This document shows positions 57,524-64,000 of a stretch of 64,000 bases of DNA, one piece after another. Numbering within the stretch: the stretch's first letter is position 1; each line of letters starts with the position of its first letter. The DNA comes from a virus. Lineage: Duplodnaviria > Caudoviricetes. A model generated the notes under the pieces. It was given only the letters and a program-made list of their open reading frames with translations, was not told the origin of the DNA and made no database searches. The stretch is from the IMG/VR virus record IMGVR_UViG_3300025267_002170, one strand, 5' to 3'. The translations under genes were made by a program, and so were the position numbers.

Positions 57524-58572
57524 GAGTAATGATATCTAGCGATGGTTCTACCGCGCACTTCTTTATCAGGAAGGGCTGGGCGAGCGCCTTCAGTTACGCC
57601 GGTCACGAAACCATCCTGTGGGACATCAAGACTAAAAATGCTTTCGATGCCTTTGATGAATTTGAACCAGACTTATTTATAGGTCAAACTTATAATATAG
57701 ATGAGTCTTTAATTAAGTGCATCAGCGCTCGTCCAGAAATGAAAGTGATTATGAAAGCCCCGGACTGGGGTGATATACAAAAAGATATAGACCCAGAAAA
57801 GTACAATGTTTTATTTGTATCTGATAAAGATAAGCATTACGTAGAAGCCTTAAAAAGACAAACGGGAAAGCCCGACTTTGTCTTTGCTCACTACACACAG
57901 AAATGTATTGAAAGAACCCACAACGGATGGGAAAATCTTGGGGTCAGGTCTGTGGGCCTTTTGAACGCCGCAGACATTTTTGATTACACCAATGGTAGAG
58001 AAGTCCCCCATCTAAGAAGCGACATGTCTTTTGTTGGGGGATACTGGGGATATAAAAGCAAAAGCTTTAATAGATACTTTATGCCCTTTCTCTATCCAGT
58101 AGATAAGTATAACGTAAAGATATTCGGTAACCAGCCTTGGCCAAGTACGCAATACTTGGGATTTGTTTCGGACGGTGTTGTAAAGGACGTAATGGCATCA
58201 GCTACTATTTGTCCTAACATAAGCGAGCCACACGCTCAGGACTTTGGAATAGACATAAATGAAAGAACTTTTAAAATTCTATCGAATAGGTGTTTTTGTA
58301 TTTCTGATTATGTGTCCTCTTTAGCGGAGGAAGTTTATACAAATAACGAGGTTCCCTTTGCAAAAACTCCAGAAGAGTTCTTTGACTTGGTTAATCACTT
58401 TCTAAATAACCCGAGAGAAAGGCTGGAATACATTGAAAGAGGATACGAAACCGTAATAAACAAGCATACTTATTTCCATAGAGTAATGCAGATATGTGGC
58501 GAACTGTCCTTGGAGAAAGAAAAAACTGATTGCAAACAAGCCCTCGTGAAATTTATGGAGACAAGAGTATGA
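57520..58572 (+). CDS. glycosyltransferase (CgeB-like GT-B)
   Basis: SFVG, NERTF, HTYFHR. Confidence 0.75.
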   Translation: MRVMISSDGSTAHFFIRKGWASAFSYAGHETILWDIKTKNAFDAFDEFEPDLFIGQTYNIDESLIKCISARPEMKVIMKAPDWGDIQKDIDPEKYNVLFVSDKDKHYVEALKRQTGKPDFVFAHYTQKCIERTHNGWENLGVRSVGLLNAADIFDYTNGREVPHLRSDMSFVGGYWGYKSKSFNRYFMPFLYPVDKYNVKIFGNQPWPSTQYLGFVSDGVVKDVMASATICPNISEPHAQDFGIDINERTFKILSNRCFCISDYVSSLAEEVYTNNEVPFAKTPEEFFDLVNHFLNNPRERLEYIERGYETVINKHTYFHRVMQICGELSLEKEKTDCKQALVKFMETRV

Positions 58573-59543
58573 GAATATTAGTTACGGGAGCTTATGGATT
58601 TCTTGGAAGACACGTCTCCTCAGAGCTAAAGAAACAGTCTTTTACAGACGACGGACCAGAGGAGCATAACGAGATAATTGAACTAGGCGGCTCTAGTGAA
58701 AGCTTTTCTCTCAATCTGGCAAAAGAAGTAGACTGTATACATGTTCTTAAAACCTACAAGCCAGATACGATAATACATCTAGCTGCTAGAGTCGGAGGAA
58801 TAGGAGCAAACCAAAGGTATCCCGGCTTGTTTTTCTACGAGAACATGGCAATGGGCCTGAACCTGATTGAACAGTCTAGAAAAATGGGATGTAAAAAATT
58901 TCTTTTGGTCAGCACGGTTTGCGCATACCCCAAGCACACCCCAGTTCCTTTTAAAGAGGAAGATATGTGGGACGGGTATCCCGAAGAGACCAATGCTCCC
59001 TATGGGATAGCCAAGAAAGCTCTCATGGAAATGCTACAGGCTTATAGGAAACAGTATGATTTTAATGGCATTACTTTGGTCCCTGTAAACATGTATGGGC
59101 CTCACGATAATTTTAATCCAGAATACAGTCATGTTATTCCTGCGCTGATATTAAAATTTCAAGAGGCTATAGATAACGAAAGCAGCGTCGTTAGCGTCTG
59201 GGGAAATGGAGAGGCGTCACGGGAGTTTCTTTACGTGGAAGATTGCGCAAAAGCCATCGTTGATGCTATTCGTTATTACAACAAGCCAGACCCCGTAAAC
59301 ATTGGAACGGGAAGAGAAATCACAATTAAGGATTTAGTCGGCCTGATTGCAAAGCTTATGGGGTTTGATGGAACGATAGTTTTTGACACCTCTAAACCTA
59401 ATGGTCAGCCGAGAAGATGTCTGGATGTGAGTAAGGCCAAAGAGGAATTTTCTTTTATGGCAAGAACAAGCCTCGAAGAGGGGATGAAAAAAACTATAAA
59501 ATGGTTTAGGGAAAATAAGAATGCTGTCATCCATAATTTTTAG
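58569..59543 (+). CDS. fcl: GDP-L-fucose synthase
   Basis: GAYGFLG, HLAARVGGIGAN, CAYPK, YGIAK, SHVIPALI, REFLYV, GQPRR. Confidence 0.9.
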   Translation: MRILVTGAYGFLGRHVSSELKKQSFTDDGPEEHNEIIELGGSSESFSLNLAKEVDCIHVLKTYKPDTIIHLAARVGGIGANQRYPGLFFYENMAMGLNLIEQSRKMGCKKFLLVSTVCAYPKHTPVPFKEEDMWDGYPEETNAPYGIAKKALMEMLQAYRKQYDFNGITLVPVNMYGPHDNFNPEYSHVIPALILKFQEAIDNESSVVSVWGNGEASREFLYVEDCAKAIVDAIRYYNKPDPVNIGTGREITIKDLVGLIAKLMGFDGTIVFDTSKPNGQPRRCLDVSKAKEEFSFMARTSLEEGMKKTIKWFRENKNAVIHNF

Positions 59544-60351
59544 TAGAGACCGAGCATCTCAGCTTCATCTTCTTCTGCATAGCTTATCTAAAAATTTCCT
59601 TCTGTCTGGAACAAATGTAATATATAAGTACACAGATGAGGAACATAAGATAGGCTACCAAATGGCCCAGAGAAGCTTCCCCGGATACGACGGGGTAAAC
59701 TGGATTCAAGAAGAAGACTTTCAAAAAGATACTCTGGACACTGTTGACAAATCAGAAAATCTGGTCTGCTTCTTTACAGATGACGACATATTTTATAGGC
59801 CGTCACATGTAGGCAGGGATGATATAAAAGAATTGTTTGACTCAGTTGAAAACATTGGGTGCTTATCATTCAGGCTTGGCGAGAACACTACTATTCAAGA
59901 CCAATATACCGGACAGGTTTGCGTAACACCGAAGAAGGTTGCTATATATAAAGACAACTTCTTTGTTTGGGATTGGAAGAACTACACTGGCATGCTGAGC
60001 AATTTTTACTATCCCTTTTCCGTAGACGGCCATGTGTACAGAAAGACTGAAATACAACAGCTTCTGTCAAAATATCAATTTTCTAATCCAAACAATCTTG
60101 AGGGCGATGGAACCAATCATACGAAGGTTCTGCCGCCATATATTTGCTGCCTCCAGCATAGCTGTGTGGTGAACATCCCAATCAATATAGCGGGCGATTC
60201 TAAAAATCGGGCCGGTGAAAAATTTGGAATCTCTTTGAAAGACATGAATCGTAGATACATAGATGGAGAAACCATATCTTTGGAATCCATAGATTTTTCC
60301 AACGTTGTGGGATGCCATCAGGAACTGGAGATATTTCCAAATGCTAATTGA
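59521..60351 (+). CDS. glycosyltransferase-like (GT-A)
   Basis: IIFSRDR, FFTDDD. Confidence 0.6.
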   Translation: MLSSIIFSRDRASQLHLLLHSLSKNFLLSGTNVIYKYTDEEHKIGYQMAQRSFPGYDGVNWIQEEDFQKDTLDTVDKSENLVCFFTDDDIFYRPSHVGRDDIKELFDSVENIGCLSFRLGENTTIQDQYTGQVCVTPKKVAIYKDNFFVWDWKNYTGMLSNFYYPFSVDGHVYRKTEIQQLLSKYQFSNPNNLEGDGTNHTKVLPPYICCLQHSCVVNIPINIAGDSKNRAGEKFGISLKDMNRRYIDGETISLESIDFSNVVGCHQELEIFPNAN

Positions 60352-60982
60352 TTTTGAATATATACATTACAAACATGATTTAAACATAAGAGGACTTATT
60401 CATATAGGCTCTTTTATAGGGGAAGAATATCCAACCTATTTTAGATTTGGGGTGAACAACCTTATATTTTTTGAACCGCAACCGAATATATTTTCAATCC
60501 TCAAAGATAACGTTGGTTTCTCAACAGTTGTAAATAAGGCAGTTGGAAATCAAAATAAGAAGGTTGAGCTTAATGTTTCTCACACACCCGGAGGGGTAGG
60601 AAATGGTTCTGGAGCTTCCAGTTCTGTCCTAAAGCCAAAGAAACATCTTGAACAATATCCACACATTACCTTCAACGAGACAATTGAAGTTGATATGATT
60701 AGGCTAGATGATTACTGGAAAGATTCCGGCCTTCCGCAACAGGGGTTCAACTTTTTAAACATAGATGTTCAGGGGTTTGAGCTTGAGGTCTTGAAGGGTG
60801 CTGCCGAAACTCTAAATTACGTTGACTATATACTCACCGAAGTCAATCGCGAGGAGTTATACGAGGACTGTGTTCTGGTTGAGAAGTTGGACGAATTTCT
60901 TGGTGCGTATGGGTTCGTCAGAGAAGAAACTTCGTGGGGAGGCGGAAGCTGGGGTGACGCCTTTTATGTAAAAAATGATTAA
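60341..60982 (+). CDS. FkbM-family methyltransferase
   Basis: HIGSFIGEE, FEP, IDVQGFELEVLKG. Confidence 0.88.
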   Translation: MLIDFEYIHYKHDLNIRGLIHIGSFIGEEYPTYFRFGVNNLIFFEPQPNIFSILKDNVGFSTVVNKAVGNQNKKVELNVSHTPGGVGNGSGASSSVLKPKKHLEQYPHITFNETIEVDMIRLDDYWKDSGLPQQGFNFLNIDVQGFELEVLKGAAETLNYVDYILTEVNREELYEDCVLVEKLDEFLGAYGFVREETSWGGGSWGDAFYVKND

Positions 60983-61913
60983 CGTACTAACCCTTAGCGA
61001 TAGAAACTATATAATAAACGGACTATGTCTGTATGACTCTCTTGTCAAGTACACAGGTGACAATTTCACACTGTATTATCTTGCAATGGATTCATTTACT
61101 GAAGACAAACTCAGAGAGCTTGAGCTTCCAAACCTAGTTGTCTATACTCTTGAAGATATAGAAAAAGACCCCAACTTCGAAATCCTCAAGAAGAATAATG
61201 AGTCCAGACCAATCGATACAAGCGATGGGCAAAGCCCGTTCCACTGGATGCTGGCGTCTTTCTTCTGTCACTTTTTGATGCTAAGGCTTAGCCTTGAGCA
61301 CGTTTTGTATGCAGACTCTGATATTTTCTTTTACGACTCTGCTGAGAGAATTACAGAGGCCGTCGAGGGGAAAAGCATAGGGGTAATAACTCACAAACAT
61401 ATCGAACTCAATAAGACAGCCAGAAATCCGGGCTATTTTAATGTTGGGATTGTTTATTTTAGAAATGATTCCATAGGAAAGTCCTGTCTTAGATTTTGGA
61501 GAGACTGTTGCATACACCCAAACAACCAGTTCTCTGATATATTTGGTTCTTGCGGAGACCAAAAGTATCTTGAGCTATTTGAAGAGTTCTTTGACCCAGA
61601 TAGCATACAAATTCTTTGCCACAAGGTAGGAAATGGCGCCCCTTGGAACTTCACAATGTTTGATTTCTCCAGTCTAACTAGAGTAGTCTGGCGAGACCCT
61701 CTACACTATGTTCTCAAAGATTCTGATACTCTGGAGCAGGACATTGTGTTCAACCACTTTAGTCACTTCTCTCCTAACTATAATGAAAACTCTTTTTCGA
61801 TGGATAGAGGAGGGGAGTGGGGTCCGGGTATTCGTAGCCATCCGGGTGTTGAAGATATTTATGTAGACTATATGCACCACATGACAGAAACTAAAAAGAA
61901 GTATGTATTATGA
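60975..61913 (+). CDS. glycosyltransferase (GT-A)
   Basis: YADSDI, GYFNVG, GDQKYLE, APWN. Confidence 0.7.
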   Translation: MINVLTLSDRNYIINGLCLYDSLVKYTGDNFTLYYLAMDSFTEDKLRELELPNLVVYTLEDIEKDPNFEILKKNNESRPIDTSDGQSPFHWMLASFFCHFLMLRLSLEHVLYADSDIFFYDSAERITEAVEGKSIGVITHKHIELNKTARNPGYFNVGIVYFRNDSIGKSCLRFWRDCCIHPNNQFSDIFGSCGDQKYLELFEEFFDPDSIQILCHKVGNGAPWNFTMFDFSSLTRVVWRDPLHYVLKDSDTLEQDIVFNHFSHFSPNYNENSFSMDRGGEWGPGIRSHPGVEDIYVDYMHHMTETKKKYVL

Positions 61914-62791
61914 AAATAGCCTTCGGGATGATTGTGTTTAATGGCGGCTTTGTTCTAGAAGAGTGCCTAAAGTCCGTGTATCCGTTTGCCCACCAGATTC
62001 TCATAGCAGAGGGTCCGGTTGGGTATTGGCAGTCGCAGGGGTTTACAACCTCAACGGATGAAACAAATGAGATTTTACAATCTTTCCCAGACCCAGAAGG
62101 AAAGATTACAATTGTTCGTGGACAATACTCTGAGAAGGACGAACAATGCTCTGCATACATGAAGCATCTAGACCCGTCGTGTGATTATGTCTGGAACCTT
62201 GACTCGGATGAGATATTTAAACCGGAGGATATCGAAACCATAATCAAGCTGCTAACTGACCACAGGTTTACAACCGCCGGATTTCAAAGCTGTAGCTTTT
62301 ATGGAGGGTTTGACAGAATCCTTGGCGGGTTTGAGGAAAACGCCGAGTTTCGCCGCATCTGTAAGGTTTACCCCGGCTCTCGCTGGAAGACCCACAGACC
62401 GCCCACGATGGCCCACACAAGCCCCCACGCTTGGCCCGAGAGCCACATGGACTTCAAATGGCTTTGGGAGAATCATGGCATAAGAATGTATCACTACTCT
62501 TATGTTTTTCCAGACCAAGTATATAACAAGGTCCAATACTATAAAGCTGCTGTTAGTATGGATAACTGTATAGACGATTACTTTTCCAACGTTTATTTAC
62601 CGTGGGTAACCTCTGAAGACAACGGAAAAGAATCAATAGAAAATCATTACAACGGAGTTCACGAATTCAAACCTCAGTTCAGGGGAGAATGCAGAACCAA
62701 GATGTTTGATGCAGAACATCCCCAGATTGTACAAGAAAATATGGAATTTCTAAAACAAAGGTTTGACTCTCAGCTTAGGAAGTATGTATGA
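61910..62791 (+). CDS. glycosyltransferase, GT2-like
   Basis: STDET, LDSDE, HYSYV. Confidence 0.7.
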   Translation: MKIAFGMIVFNGGFVLEECLKSVYPFAHQILIAEGPVGYWQSQGFTTSTDETNEILQSFPDPEGKITIVRGQYSEKDEQCSAYMKHLDPSCDYVWNLDSDEIFKPEDIETIIKLLTDHRFTTAGFQSCSFYGGFDRILGGFEENAEFRRICKVYPGSRWKTHRPPTMAHTSPHAWPESHMDFKWLWENHGIRMYHYSYVFPDQVYNKVQYYKAAVSMDNCIDDYFSNVYLPWVTSEDNGKESIENHYNGVHEFKPQFRGECRTKMFDAEHPQIVQENMEFLKQRFDSQLRKYV

Positions 62792-63408
62792 TTGTCCAGC
62801 ACATAGAACCAGAGCTTAATGTAAGTGAAAACGTTGCCATTGTCGCCTCAAGCCCAAGGCTTTTAACAACGGAGTACGGCGAACTTATCGACAGCTTTGA
62901 TGACGTTGTTAGATTCAACAGGGCGCCAACTGATGGATATGAAAAACATGTTGGAACGAAGACAACCATAAGGGTTGCAAACAATCATGTTTTTGGAAAC
63001 ATTCCACACACAGGATGGGAAACAGATGGCCAGCCAACCTTCTTTATAAAAGAGCAAGAAAATATTAATGTTGTTTGGTTGGGTCCGGGCGCTTCTGGGG
63101 GAGAACCGGGATGGGTAAACAGAGAACAAAATATACACGAAACTTCTAAACCGTTTTTGTCTAACTATGACACAATTTATTCCAACCTAACCCCCATGAC
63201 AAACGGAACCAGACCAAGCGCTGGCTTTGGGTTTCTGTGGCTTCTTATAAAGAGCGGGCTTAGGCCCACCATTTTTGGATTTGGGGTCGGTGAAGAGGGC
63301 TGTGTGCATTACTGGGAGCTAAATTCTGTTAGCAGTCATCTTTTTACAGAGGAGAGACAAGTAATCTCTAAATGGGTAAATGAAGGGTTGGTTATATTTT
63401 ACAAATGA
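62788..63408 (+). CDS. GT29-type sialyltransferase-like protein
   Basis: sialylmotif L (VAIVASS..GELIDSFDDVVRFNRAP..YEKHVGTKTT), S (PSAGF..IFGFG), III (HYWE), VS (HLFTEE). Confidence 0.8.
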   Translation: MIVQHIEPELNVSENVAIVASSPRLLTTEYGELIDSFDDVVRFNRAPTDGYEKHVGTKTTIRVANNHVFGNIPHTGWETDGQPTFFIKEQENINVVWLGPGASGGEPGWVNREQNIHETSKPFLSNYDTIYSNLTPMTNGTRPSAGFGFLWLLIKSGLRPTIFGFGVGEEGCVHYWELNSVSSHLFTEERQVISKWVNEGLVIFYK

Positions 63409-64000
63409 AAAGTAACATAACAATAATATCTGAAATAGGAATTAATCACAATGGAGACTTAGATGTCGCCAAGAGATTAATTGACATTTCTAAGATTGCT
63501 GGATGTGATGTAGTAAAATTTCAGAAAAGAAATCCCGACGTATGCGTGCCAGAACATCAAAAGGGAACAATTAAGAACACCCCTTGGGGTGACATGACCT
63601 ATATTGAATATAAACACAGGATGGAATTTGGCGAGACCGAGTATAAAGAAATACAGTCTCACTGTAAAAATATTGGCATCGACTGGTCTGTATCGGTTTG
63701 GGATTTGGACAGTTTAGATTTTATACGAGACTATGATATTTCCCTAGTAAAGATTCCCTCGGCTTTACTGACGGACCATGAACTAATAGAGGCATGTAAG
63801 TCTCTAGATAAAAAAATAGTTTTGTCTACCGGAATGAGTACAGTAGAAGAGATTGACTTAGCTGTAGATTGCTTGGATGGTCATGATTTTTCTTTGTTGC
63901 ACTGCAACTCTACATATCCGGCTCCAATTGAAGACATAAACCTTAGATGTATATCTAGACTTAAGGAAAGATATGAGTGCGAGGTTGGATATAGCGGCCA
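63405..64000 (+). CDS. neuB: N-acetylneuraminate/nonulosonate synthase (truncated by window end; not in ORF track)
   Basis: EIGINHNGD, VKFQKR, KIPSA, LSTGMS, LHCNSTYP, VGYSG. Confidence 0.92.
   Translation, partial: MKSNITIISEIGINHNGDLDVAKRLIDISKIAGCDVVKFQKRNPDVCVPEHQKGTIKNTPWGDMTYIEYKHRMEFGETEYKEIQSHCKNIGIDWSVSVWDLDSLDFIRDYDISLVKIPSALLTDHELIEACKSLDKKIVLSTGMSTVEEIDLAVDCLDGHDFSLLHCNSTYPAPIEDINLRCISRLKERYECEVGYSG

Overview
A 64-kb segment of a large (probably jumbo) tailed dsDNA bacteriophage. Essentially all genes are on the + strand, tightly packed, in the standard genetic code. No capsid, terminase, integrase or CRISPR array is recognisable. From left to right: two cytidylyltransferases around a sigma factor; rIIA/rIIB; early genes with an SSB; an RNA-rich block (miniature tRNA-like cloverleaf, a ~330-nt structured non-coding segment, an orphan Zn-deaminase, class I aldolase, tRNA-Ile(UAU), tmRNA, tRNA-Arg(UCU)); a coupled amino-acid catabolic operon (HPPD-like VOC enzyme, aldehyde dehydrogenase, SET protein, amidinotransferase-superfamily enzyme, L-lysine 6-transaminase); small hypothetical genes; a second sigma factor followed by an envelope module (permuted NlpC/P60, two exported trypsin-like proteases, holin-like proteins); nucleotide metabolism (dCMP deaminase, NrdJ, dUTPase, PhoH, dNMP kinase, ThyX); replication/recombination (RecA, DnaB, DnaG, Cas4-like nuclease, an intein-less split DnaE with an endonuclease and a DEDDh exonuclease between the halves, second SSB, third sigma); and a >13-kb glycosylation cluster ending in a GT29-type sialyltransferase and NeuB (truncated). 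A Planctomycetota host is tentatively inferred. The strongest novelty candidates are the structured RNA locus at ~8990-9390, the Lys/Arg catabolic operon, an unannotated 29-aa QLLLF clamp-motif peptide, the split DnaE and the sialylation genes. All calls come from reading motifs by eye; no database search was run.
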